This document shows, piece by piece, positions 18,153 through 27,165 of a stretch of DNA of 28,486 nucleotides. A program made the position numbers and the translations under genes. The notes under the pieces were generated by a model that was not told where the DNA came from, searched no databases, and was given only the letters and a program-made list of their open reading frames with translations. The first letter of the stretch is position 1; each line of letters starts with the position of its first letter. Origin of the DNA: an uncultured archaeon (lineage in GTDB: Archaea; Asgardarchaeota; Heimdallarchaeia; Heimdallarchaeales; Heimdallarchaeaceae); contig CAZHRF010000042.1 in NCBI GenBank assembly GCA_964534625.1, forward strand, positions 1-28,486, in the 5' to 3' direction.

Positions 18153-19861
18153 TAATATTCACGCTCCTTGACTTCAAAATGTCCCAATTTTACTGGTTTT
18201 GTGGTTAATCTTAAACCATCTTCTATCCTATATACCAGCGAGTGTACAAGATATTTACGATCATCTCGGTTAGGATAATCTGTTCTATAATGTGCCCCTC
18301 TACTTTCTTCTCGCCATAGTGAAGCATACGCAGTTACTTCTGCTATATCAAGCATATTTCGTAATTCTAAGGTTCTTAATAATCCAAAATTGTATCTTCG
18401 GTCTGAAGTTTCAATATATACATTCTTGAAATCGTTCTGTAATTGCACCATAACTTTATGTGCTTCTTTCATATGTTTTCTATTTCTGAAGACCCCAACT
18501 TTTTTATCCATTGTTTCTTTCATTTTTGTTCTTATTTCAGCAGGTGACATCCCTTCATTATGCTCCCATGTTGAAAAGAGATTTTCAATATTATCTAGTG
18601 TCTTCTCAGCTGCTTCTTTGCTTTCAGATTTAGAATAGGATTGTAATCCTCTTTCAAGCATTTTTCTAGCAACATAACGACCAAAAACAGCTGTTTCCAG
18701 TAAAGAATTACCACCTAAACGATTAGCGCCATGAACAGATAGACAAGCTGTCTCTCCTATAGCAAATAAACCAGGCAGAGGGGTTTCGCAAACCATTTTG
18801 CTTCGAGTAGTCGCTATACCACCCATAGAATAGTGTTGACCTGGTTGAACAGGTATAGGCTCTTCGATTGGGTCTATATCTGCAAAATACATTGCAATCT
18901 CACGTATACCAGGTAACCTCTGCTTAATTTTCTTTTCACCTAAATGTGTCAAATCTAAATGGACATAAGCATTTTCAAAACCCCTTCCTTCTCTCACCTC
19001 GGTTTCAATTGCTCGAGCAACTATATCTCTTGGGGCTAACTCTTTGGCTTCAGGAGCCACCTTAAGCATAAAGCGTTTATGATCCGAATTATATAGATAA
19101 CCCCCCTCACCGCGAGCACCTTCGGTAATAAGTATATTTGTGCCATATAATGTTGTTGGATGGAATTGTACAAACTCCATGTCTTGCATGGGAACACCTA
19201 CTCGAAAGGCAGCTCCCACACCATCTCCAGTATTAATAATACTATTTGTGGAGCGTTTGTAAATTCGCCCAAAACCGCCAGTAGCTAATACTACATTGGG
19301 GGAATGAAAGACAACCAAATCCCCCGATGACATGTCCATAGCTATTAATCCCGCTACCTTAGACTCATTTTTAATTAGATCAATGAGAAAATATTCATCA
19401 AAGAATATTACACCCTTATTGATACATTGCTCATAGAGTGTGTGTAATAAAGCATGTCCCGTCCTATCACCAGCATAGCAAGTCCTTGGAAAACCTGCTC
19501 CACCAAAAGGTCTCTGTGCTATTAATCCTGTATCTAATCTTGAAAAAGGTGCACCCATCGATTCAAATTCAAGAACAATCTTTGGTGCTTCTTCACACAT
19601 TATCATGACAGCATCTTGATCAGCTAGATAATCTGCGCCTTTAACGGTGTCAAAAGCATGACGTTCAGGTGTATCGTCACTTCCTTTTTCTGTATTTCCC
19701 AATGCAGCATTAATTCCTCCTTGTGCAGCACCAGAATGAGATCTTACTGGATATACCTTGCTTACAATAGCCACATTCCATTCATTTTGTAATTCTAAAG
19801 CTGTTCTAAGTCCACTTAATCCAGCACCCACTATAACAGCATCAAATTCTTCTTCTCTCAA
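18152..19861 (-). CDS. sdhA: Succinate dehydrogenase/fumarate reductase flavoprotein subunit (TTG start)
   Basis: [16 protein letters not shown] (covalent FAD His), [36 protein letters not shown]; GAGGT SD upstream. Confidence 0.95.
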   Translation of the reverse strand: MREEEFDAVIVGAGLSGLRTALELQNEWNVAIVSKVYPVRSHSGAAQGGINAALGNTEKGSDDTPERHAFDTVKGADYLADQDAVMIMCEEAPKIVLEFESMGAPFSRLDTGLIAQRPFGGAGFPRTCYAGDRTGHALLHTLYEQCINKGVIFFDEYFLIDLIKNESKVAGLIAMDMSSGDLVVFHSPNVVLATGGFGRIYKRSTNSIINTGDGVGAAFRVGVPMQDMEFVQFHPTTLYGTNILITEGARGEGGYLYNSDHKRFMLKVAPEAKELAPRDIVARAIETEVREGRGFENAYVHLDLTHLGEKKIKQRLPGIREIAMYFADIDPIEEPIPVQPGQHYSMGGIATTRSKMVCETPLPGLFAIGETACLSVHGANRLGGNSLLETAVFGRYVARKMLERGLQSYSKSESKEAAEKTLDNIENLFSTWEHNEGMSPAEIRTKMKETMDKKVGVFRNRKHMKEAHKVMVQLQNDFKNVYIETSDRRYNFGLLRTLELRNMLDIAEVTAYASLWREESRGAHYRTDYPNRDDRKYLVHSLVYRIEDGLRLTTKPVKLGHFEVKEREY

Positions 19862-20056
19862 ATTATAACCTCAATTTTATCTTAATATCATTACTAGCTT
19901 TTTTAATTTCTTTTAGCTATAAATAAAGTAAACTTCGTTCTTAAAAATATTTTTACGAACAAGAAATAACATCCAAATCAAAGAAGATATTAGGAAAACA
20001 AGACCTTCTAATGAAGATTAATACCTATTTAGATTAAAACTCTCATAATAATGTTC

Positions 20057-21016
20057 CTACAATTTTGTGATGATTAAAGAATAACCTACAACATGGGGAT
20101 AACACTCTAAATATACAGGTAACGATAATTTCTTATCAATTTGCCTTCTTAATTTATAGTTGCTCCACCATTGATGAATCGGTTCAGATTGGTGTCTATG
20201 ATGTTTAATTTCCACATGTTTACCTTTGAACCATTTATTTGTTAGGTCTACTATATGTTCAAAGTCATTATTTTCAAAAATATTAATCTTCAATGCTAAA
20301 ATATGTCCCTTTTTGCGAGGAACAAACCTTTTAATTATTGTTCTTGTTAAACTTAATCCTATTTTTCCTCCTCCCCCAAAAGCGAGAGAATCATTAGAAA
20401 GTACCAAATCGGGATCAAAAGGAGGTTGTGAAACAACTATATTAAATCCTCTTTTCTTAACCTTTGTTATCTTTTTTAGATGAAAGTCTGCGTTATCTAA
20501 TCCATTCAAATCACGATTAAAGTTAGCAAGAGAAATTGCACGGGGATTAATATCTATACCCACACTAGATACACCTTGTTGAGCTGATTGTAAAGCGAGA
20601 AGCCCACTACCAGTTCCCAGATCAAGAAGACAATTTTTGTTATCTAAAGGAATTTTTTCTATCAATGACCAGCTAGGTTTAGTAGGAATACATTGTAACC
20701 AAACATAATTATTGTGGTGAGTATATTTGTGTAGATCTCTGAATAGAATAAGATTTCGATCTAAATCTAAAACAGGTAAAAATTGCCAGATGAAACAATC
20801 TTCATCAGTCTGGTTTATTATATTCAATTTATATAAAAGATCTAAAGAGTGTGGTGCAATATTATTCAAAAAAAATTCTGAAAGTTTTAAATTTACTTCA
20901 GTATATTGAGTATCGACAGGATATTTGGACAATAGCTCTTTGAGTTCAGTACCTAGGTTATGCAGAGTAGTAAAAGAAAAATTGCTCTGGGATCTAATTT
21001 CAGGTATGGCGACCAT
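20057..21016 (-). CDS. Class I SAM-dependent methyltransferase (HemK/MTS-like)
   Basis: LLDLGTGSG, GIDINPRA; motif IV reads VSQPPF rather than NPP(Y/F). Confidence 0.8.
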   Translation of the reverse strand: MVAIPEIRSQSNFSFTTLHNLGTELKELLSKYPVDTQYTEVNLKLSEFFLNNIAPHSLDLLYKLNIINQTDEDCFIWQFLPVLDLDRNLILFRDLHKYTHHNNYVWLQCIPTKPSWSLIEKIPLDNKNCLLDLGTGSGLLALQSAQQGVSSVGIDINPRAISLANFNRDLNGLDNADFHLKKITKVKKRGFNIVVSQPPFDPDLVLSNDSLAFGGGGKIGLSLTRTIIKRFVPRKKGHILALKINIFENNDFEHIVDLTNKWFKGKHVEIKHHRHQSEPIHQWWSNYKLRRQIDKKLSLPVYLECYPHVVGYSLIITKL

Positions 21017-21082
21017 GTTTTATTTTTATGCACCACATACAATAAATTTTGGTCAATGCTTGGTTTTGAGTGGTATTAGTCG

Positions 21083-21150
21083 TTTATATTTCGTCAATGT
21101 GGATAAATTTTATATTTCGTCAATGTAGATAAATTTTATATTTCGTCAAT
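21083..21150 (+). repeat. 26-bp tandem repeat (2.6 copies), each copy containing a TTTATA box, in a divergent intergenic region
   Basis: tttatatttcgtcaat at 21083, 21109 and 21135, joined by gt(g/a)gataaat. Confidence 0.93.
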
Positions 21151-21164
21151 TATAAAAAAAACAT

Positions 21165-21542
21165 ATGAAATTTGAATCAACGTCTTTTGGTTCTATTACT
21201 ATAGATGGAAAAAAATATGCGCATGATGTTTATTTACTCAATGGTGGGAAAAAAATCGAACAAAGAGACAAATCTCATTCTCCTAGGATTAGATTTCATA
21301 GATCCTTATCTAAATGGGAATTAGAAAAATTGCTTGGAAATAATCCTGAATATTTAATCATTGGTACTGGTCAAAGAGGTGTTCTTCCCTTACAGAAAAA
21401 AACCGAAAAGTGGTTAGAAAAAGAACTTAAAAACAAAGAGATTTGTTTAATTAAAGATCTAACGCCCAATGTGTTAGAAAAAGTTAATGAACTACTAGAA
21501 AAAGGTGTTAAGGTTGCAGGTGTTTTCCATACAACTTGTTAG
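21165..21542 (+). CDS. Mth938-like (DUF498/AAMDC family) protein
   Basis: FGSITIDGKKY.HDV, PEYLIIGTGQ.G.L, C-terminal FHTTC. Confidence 0.9.
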   Translation: MKFESTSFGSITIDGKKYAHDVYLLNGGKKIEQRDKSHSPRIRFHRSLSKWELEKLLGNNPEYLIIGTGQRGVLPLQKKTEKWLEKELKNKEICLIKDLTPNVLEKVNELLEKGVKVAGVFHTTC

Positions 21543-21556
21543 ATAAATAGCTTGTA

Positions 21557-22891
21557 TCACTTTTCCATTTTTAAGCACTCAAATAGTATAAATAATGGCC
21601 ATCTATCATGGACGAATGCTAGCAGATGAGGGAATTCTCTAATTTTTTCTAGGTCTGGCTTTGGTTCGACTATTTTTCTTATCACAAATCCAGCATCAAC
21701 TAAAGCTTGAGAGTACTCTGTGAAAGTCCTGTGAAATTGCCAAATGGGAGATAAGTTTCCCCATGACACAAGTATACCTCCGCTATCAAAATAACGGTCT
21801 ATCATCACATATTCTCTCTCTTCATTTCTTCTAGAGTCTAAAGGTATTTTCCAAGTCATTTGCATGGCAGTGCCAAAAACGGGGTGCAAATTGCTCCATA
21901 CAAACCTTCCTCTTGGTTTTAATACTCTATTGATTTCCTTAAACGCTTTTTTGTAGTCTTGTATATCTACGAAAACAACATTAGAAACCACCAGATCAAT
22001 TGATTCACTTTCAATATCTGCTAAATCAGTTAAAGAAGCACAAATAAATTTCATATCCTCCGCTTTTGTTATGTTTTTCTTTTTGTTACAAAAATCAATT
22101 AAAACCTCAGAAAAATCCACCCCTATAACCTTAGCTCCTTTTTTAGCTAGTTTTCTGGATAAATATCCATGCCCACATCCTGCGTCAAGAACTCTTTTAC
22201 CTTTAACATCACCTATAAGTTTCCAGAGTTCTGGATCAATCAGTAACTGTCTATTTATATCGCCCTCATCACCCTTTGCTAAATGCGGTTCATGCCCATC
22301 AATCCAAGCTTTACTTGTTTTCGTCCATTTAGATTGTGTTTCTTTTAAATCAATTTCATCTTCTGGAATAATTCCAGACAAAAAAACACACGATCTAGAA
22401 TATTTCTTTCGTTTTGGAAATACCTTATTAGATATTTTTAAGGCTGATTTTAAAGATATTTCCTCTCCACTTCTTTTTTTTGGAGGGATCCATTTCTGAT
22501 ATCTTGAAGGGCTCTGTATAATACATTCTATACTTGAATTATCTGTATTTTGTTTTAATTGCCAAGGATGTTCACCAATAAATTCACTAAATAGTAAATC
22601 ATAATGTATTGCTCCACAATCACAATCGAATTTGTAGGCATAGGTTTTATCCCAGAATCTAACTGGATAGATTGTTGGTTTGTTACACTTCCCACATATT
22701 AGCTCGTCTTTTGTTGGACAGTAATAAAAGAAACCAAAATGGTAGAAATTTTCACATTTACAGCATTTAAATTGAGCATGCCAATTACATCGATAATAAA
22801 TACCCTCATAGCTATATTCTGCCCTCCTTAAAGGATAATTATCTTCATATTCACCAATAATTTTACAATAGTGGCAAGTGTTTTGTTCCAT
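21557..22891 (-). CDS. Class I SAM methyltransferase with an N-terminal Cys/His-rich putative multi-zinc domain
   Basis: VLDAGCGHG, GVDFS, INRVLKPRGRF, HP.F; N-terminal CHYC, CNWH, CCKC, C..ICGKC, CDC...H. Confidence 0.88.
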   Translation of the reverse strand: MEQNTCHYCKIIGEYEDNYPLRRAEYSYEGIYYRCNWHAQFKCCKCENFYHFGFFYYCPTKDELICGKCNKPTIYPVRFWDKTYAYKFDCDCGAIHYDLLFSEFIGEHPWQLKQNTDNSSIECIIQSPSRYQKWIPPKKRSGEEISLKSALKISNKVFPKRKKYSRSCVFLSGIIPEDEIDLKETQSKWTKTSKAWIDGHEPHLAKGDEGDINRQLLIDPELWKLIGDVKGKRVLDAGCGHGYLSRKLAKKGAKVIGVDFSEVLIDFCNKKKNITKAEDMKFICASLTDLADIESESIDLVVSNVVFVDIQDYKKAFKEINRVLKPRGRFVWSNLHPVFGTAMQMTWKIPLDSRRNEEREYVMIDRYFDSGGILVSWGNLSPIWQFHRTFTEYSQALVDAGFVIRKIVEPKPDLEKIREFPHLLAFVHDRWPLFILFECLKMEK

Positions 22892-23144
22892 TATAAAACA
22901 GATGTATTTTTACATCTTTATATACCTCCCTCTTTTTGACCAGAAAATGCAATAAAAACAGGAGAAAAATCAAAACACGTAGAAACATATAAACAACTAA
23001 TCGGTGACTTACTTTTTGCGTTTACTTGGATATTTCTTGAATTTCTGTTATTTAGGGTGGGATAGTTCCTAATTCTATCTATTTGAGCTATAATCTATAA
23101 CATTGTTAGGGAAAGGATCATCGACATACCTTGCTCTAACTACA

Positions 23145-24464
23145 TCATAGATTATCTGATACAGATTCTATATTCACTTTTTTCTTCTCAGCAATTTTAT
23201 CTAGATCTTTTTTTTCTTCTATGTCTTTTATTTTGGCAGCTATTGCCTTATCCAAATCCTTTGCATTAGTTCCAATATAAATTAGCCCTGATACAATGAA
23301 TCCTGCTATTGCTGATATGATAAATAATAATTCAATTCCGATAATTCCTCCCAATATTCCCGAAAGTACCATTCCAAGTGGTGACATAACCATAGCAATT
23401 GTCATTATGACAGACATAACCCTACCAATTTTATCTTTAGGAACAATTAATTGCACAACTGTCATTACGCTCACGTTTATTATGGGAGTTCTAAAATACA
23501 TTATGGCTAGAAACAATCCAATAATCAAGAACGCTCCCGTAGGTATAAATGCCAATCCTGCATAAAGTACATAACCTAACATTAACGCAACAATAGTTGC
23601 CAATATTTTTCTTTTGAACCCTTTATAGAGTGACATAAATAATGAACCTAATACCATACCAGTTTGTTGCATGGTCATGATAAGGGCGTAACTTTTTTCT
23701 GTTCCTCCGTGGTTTCTATAAATGAACAAAGGCAATAATGTTCCCAAAGGCATGGAAATAAAATTTACAAAAGCGAAAATTCCTAGTAATGCAACCATAC
23801 CCTTTGTGCTATTTATTGTTTGAAATCCAATTTTCATATCTGAAAAAAATGCAAGTGAAGTAGTTGTTTTTTGTGCAGAAGGGATCCTTGCCATTAATAA
23901 AGGTATAATTGCGATTCCAAAAGTGATTAAATCTACCCACAACACATTTCCTATTGATACAAAGGACAAAAGTAAAGCAGCTACGGCGGGTCCAATTATT
24001 CTTATAACTCCTGATGACAAAAATGTTAGTCCGTTAATTCGAGATAATTTTGTTTCTGGTACCATAGCAGGTATTATAGCTTGCATGGTTGGTGATTGAA
24101 TCGCCTGAAATGCACCCCTAAACCCCAAGATTATGAATATTATTGGTATATTTGCATGTCCAGTAAGAAAAACAAATATTAAAACTGTTGTTACGATGGC
24201 TTGAAAACTATCTGATAATAACAAAATTGCTTTTCGATTGAGTCTATCCGCTAGTACTCCAGCAAAAGGAGTAATAATTAGAGAGGGTCCAAAGCCTACT
24301 AAAGCAGCTAAAGATAACATTAATTCGCTTTCTGTAGTAATGGTTATAAACCAAATAATTACAAATTGGACAACAGAGGAGCCCAATAAGGAAACTTGTT
24401 GCCCACCCCAGAAAAAAAGGTATTGTCTGAACCTTTCTTCCTTGTCAATTTCGGACATACTCAT
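23145..24464 (-). CDS. MFS efflux transporter (DHA3/MefA-like)
   Basis: GQQVSLLGSSVVQFVIIW, PFAGVLADRLNRK, about 12 TM, VPKDKIGRV. Confidence 0.9.
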   Translation of the reverse strand: MSMSEIDKEERFRQYLFFWGGQQVSLLGSSVVQFVIIWFITITTESELMLSLAALVGFGPSLIITPFAGVLADRLNRKAILLLSDSFQAIVTTVLIFVFLTGHANIPIIFIILGFRGAFQAIQSPTMQAIIPAMVPETKLSRINGLTFLSSGVIRIIGPAVAALLLSFVSIGNVLWVDLITFGIAIIPLLMARIPSAQKTTTSLAFFSDMKIGFQTINSTKGMVALLGIFAFVNFISMPLGTLLPLFIYRNHGGTEKSYALIMTMQQTGMVLGSLFMSLYKGFKRKILATIVALMLGYVLYAGLAFIPTGAFLIIGLFLAIMYFRTPIINVSVMTVVQLIVPKDKIGRVMSVIMTIAMVMSPLGMVLSGILGGIIGIELLFIISAIAGFIVSGLIYIGTNAKDLDKAIAAKIKDIEEKKDLDKIAEKKKVNIESVSDNL

Positions 24465-24564
24465 AAGGGAGTTCTTGCAATAGTTGTTAATAAATCCTTT
24501 TAAATAATTATTCTAACCATAAAACAAAGTATCCGCTGTTATTTAAACACAAAAGGTTAAAACA

Positions 24565-25266
24565 ATGAAAAAAATAGGCATAGTGGGAGGGTTAAATGTT
24601 GAAGCCACTATTCAATATTATCAATATTTGACAGAGGAATACCATAAAATAAATAAGCAAAGTACATGTCCTCCGTTAATTATAGACAGTCTTAATTTAC
24701 TAGAAATCAGGCGTTTAATGAAAAATGACCAATGGGCTGAGCTTACTACTATTCTAAGGTCGTCTATTAAAGACCTGGAAAGAGGAGGAGCGGGAGTTAT
24801 TCTCTTAGCAATGAATATTATCCACAAAATTTATGATGAAGTTCAAGCTAAGACAAAGATACCCATAATCAGTTTAATGGATGTAACAGCTAAAGAAATA
24901 AAGAAGAGAGGAGTAGATCGAGTCTTTTTATTAGGAACAAAAAAAACCATGCAATCCAATTATTTTCAGGAAGTTTTCAATGAATATTCAATTAAAACGT
25001 TTACTCCCACTCTGAAAGATCAAGAGCGTATTAACACAATAATATTCGATGAGTTAGATCAAAAAATCATTAATCAGCATTCCCTAAAGATTATTTTGTC
25101 AATTATTGACGAGAGCATCAATAACCATCGAATAGAAGGCGTAATCATTGCTTGTAACAAACTCCCTCTTTTACTTTCCCAAGAAGATTGTAAAGTAATT
25201 TGTTTTAATACAATGGAAATACATTGTAAAGCCACTATACGCTTTTTAATTAAAAAAATGCTCTAA
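24565..25266 (+). CDS. Aspartate/glutamate racemase family protein with a degenerate active site
   Basis: MKKIGIVGGL..EAT..YY, IPIIS, LLGT..TM; catalytic motifs read AMNIIH and ACNKLP. Confidence 0.85.
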   Translation: MKKIGIVGGLNVEATIQYYQYLTEEYHKINKQSTCPPLIIDSLNLLEIRRLMKNDQWAELTTILRSSIKDLERGGAGVILLAMNIIHKIYDEVQAKTKIPIISLMDVTAKEIKKRGVDRVFLLGTKKTMQSNYFQEVFNEYSIKTFTPTLKDQERINTIIFDELDQKIINQHSLKIILSIIDESINNHRIEGVIIACNKLPLLLSQEDCKVICFNTMEIHCKATIRFLIKKML

Positions 25267-25361
25267 TGATAATCACATTTTCCTCATGTCCCTAACAACT
25301 TATTTAAATAATCAAAATGCTTTTACTTTTTTAAGAAGAAATAAACAACCAATAAGCAACT

Positions 25362-25399
25362 TCGCGGAATCCTTCCGCGATTCTTCTTTCTTTCTTTTC
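25362..25399 (+). terminator. GC-rich hairpin followed by a pyrimidine tract between convergent genes
   Basis: tcgcggaa-tcc-ttccgcga (perfect 8-bp stem, 25362-25380) followed by ttcttctttctttcttttc. Confidence 0.55.
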
Positions 25400-25425
25400 A
25401 GTATGGTAAAAACTTATTATTAACG

Positions 25426-26523
25426 CTATCTCCAATCAAAATAGACTTTTTTTGGGTTTTCAGGTAGTTCGACTCCTTCCAGATTGAACACATCTAATGT
25501 CATCTTTTTTGGAAAGAAAATAAACCTCGCTGATTTGAAACCTTCTGTTTTAAAATATGGGATATATGGCGTTTGTAATCCTTGCCAACCTTTTTTCTTT
25601 GCAATTAAACAAAGTAAATTAGCCAAATCCTTTGTTTCTTGATCATTCAAGTTATATGTGTGTACCATATCTAGCCAACCAAAGGGAATACTATTCCCAA
25701 AACCAGCTAAATTAAACTCCCACGCGATTAAGAAACCATCAACTTTTCCTTGTTTTTCATGAACAACACTTATTACCCCTGGTTGTTTCACCATCCATTT
25801 GAAATCCTCATATTCTTGTACAATTGAAATTTCATTTATTTTTATATGATCTTTTGTTAACGCAAACATTTTTTCGAGATCTTTTTCCTTTGATTCTCTG
25901 ACCTGAACTAATGTTTCTTCTTTAGCTTTTATTTTTTCTTTTAACTGAAAAAACAGTCTTTCATACCATTTGAGCCTTACTACACTAGCCAATTTTTTCG
26001 TATCAAACACTCTGATAACAAATTTATTAATTTCTATCAGCTTGTTTAATTTAATTTCTGCTTCTCTTGCTACTGCTTTAGATGTGTCTATACCATGTTG
26101 AACTGGTTCATGAATGGCAAATCCTCCTTGATATCCTTCTTTCTTTGCGATTTCTAAAACTTTTAAGCCCATCAATTTGGCTATTCCTTTCCGTTGATGT
26201 TTATAGTGAACACAAGCCCAAGCAGGTATTGCAAACTTATGTACTGAGTTTTTGTATTGTAAATGTCGAGGAATCATTCCCATAAATCCTACAGTTTCTT
26301 TAGTCTTTTTTTCTATTGCACGGACAAATAATTGTGGATTAACAGATGGTGCGCCAAAAACGATATTAAATGTTTGTCTTGTAAAAAGAAGACTCGCACC
26401 ATTTTTTCTTGCATCTTCATCATGTAAGAATGAAATGGAAATTAATTTTGAAAGCTCATCATAATGCCCCTCTTCTAATATGAATTGCTCAATCCGATAA
26501 AATTCATTTTCAAAATTTTTCAT
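25426..26523 (-). CDS. Tandem-GNAT acyltransferase resembling eukaryotic glycylpeptide N-myristoyltransferase (NMT)
   Basis: GNAT CoA motif CVHYKHQRKGIA; colinear by-eye similarity to NMT over both domains (see findings). The GNAT call is secure; the NMT relationship is inference. Confidence 0.7.
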   Translation of the reverse strand: MKNFENEFYRIEQFILEEGHYDELSKLISISFLHDEDARKNGASLLFTRQTFNIVFGAPSVNPQLFVRAIEKKTKETVGFMGMIPRHLQYKNSVHKFAIPAWACVHYKHQRKGIAKLMGLKVLEIAKKEGYQGGFAIHEPVQHGIDTSKAVAREAEIKLNKLIEINKFVIRVFDTKKLASVVRLKWYERLFFQLKEKIKAKEETLVQVRESKEKDLEKMFALTKDHIKINEISIVQEYEDFKWMVKQPGVISVVHEKQGKVDGFLIAWEFNLAGFGNSIPFGWLDMVHTYNLNDQETKDLANLLCLIAKKKGWQGLQTPYIPYFKTEGFKSARFIFFPKKMTLDVFNLEGVELPENPKKVYFDWR

Positions 26524-26682
26524 ATTAGTTATGAGTAAACTTATCTATTTTTTAATTTAGTTGTCCAATTATGGTTATATTTCGTGATTATGGCAAAAAA
26601 GAGTATTCTTCTTAATATTTAATTTAAGCTTTGAATTGCAATGCTTAAAGGAGGGATTGTTTTACCAAATAAAAAAAAGAGG

Positions 26683-27021
26683 TTAGAAATCTGGCTTATC
26701 AATAGATTTCGGTATGTTGGGATCATCAGATTCTTTGAATATTTTCCCTTCTCTCCCAAGACTGATTTGTTTATTCCCTTGATAAGATTTACACCAGCCA
26801 TTTCTTATACTAATCACATCTCCTACCGAGTATTCCTTTCCTGCATCCCATCCCCACAAGGTTAGGACTACAGATGATTCCTCATCGCGCACTAAGACAT
26901 CCCATACAGCAGTTTTTCTTCCTCTTATGTCTACTGGTCTTGGGCCTTGTATGCTCAGAATTCTTACTTTAAGTTCATCAAAATTTGAGTTAACTTCTAA
27001 GTCTTCAATTTTCATTATCAT
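26683..27021 (-). CDS. Single OB-fold ssDNA-binding protein (archaeal SSB/RPA-like)
   Basis: MKIEDL, V.D.LVRDE.SSVVLTLWG, VGDVISIRNGW.K.YQG..QISLGR.G.I match crenarchaeal-type SSB; AGGTG SD upstream. Confidence 0.85.
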   Translation of the reverse strand: MIMKIEDLEVNSNFDELKVRILSIQGPRPVDIRGRKTAVWDVLVRDEESSVVLTLWGWDAGKEYSVGDVISIRNGWCKSYQGNKQISLGREGKIFKESDDPNIPKSIDKPDF

Positions 27022-27165
27022 TACACCTTTTTTCTATTAATTCGAAGTATTTTGCATAAATATTTCTTCGTGCTTTATAAAATTTTACATTTTAAGAAAG
27101 ATTTTTACATGATAGGTTATTGGAAAGTGATAAATAATTGTTCACTTCAAGGATTATTGAGTTGA

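Noticed and set aside
17394-19861. Thiol:fumarate reductase TfrAB or L-aspartate oxidase NadB
   Set aside because: The Fe-S subunit lacks CCG domains, and the flavoprotein has the covalent-FAD His and a coupled SdhB.
1222-26865. Short ORFs antisense to or nested in long genes (e.g. 1222, 2503, 3368, 6205, 7987, 9000, 10097, 10654, 11047, 12719, 12813, 16148, 16448, 18390, 20226, 20727, 20925, 22071, 23296, 24238, 24621, 26082, 26252, 26619, 26641)
   Set aside because: They overlap well-supported genes and have no recognisable motifs or initiation signals.
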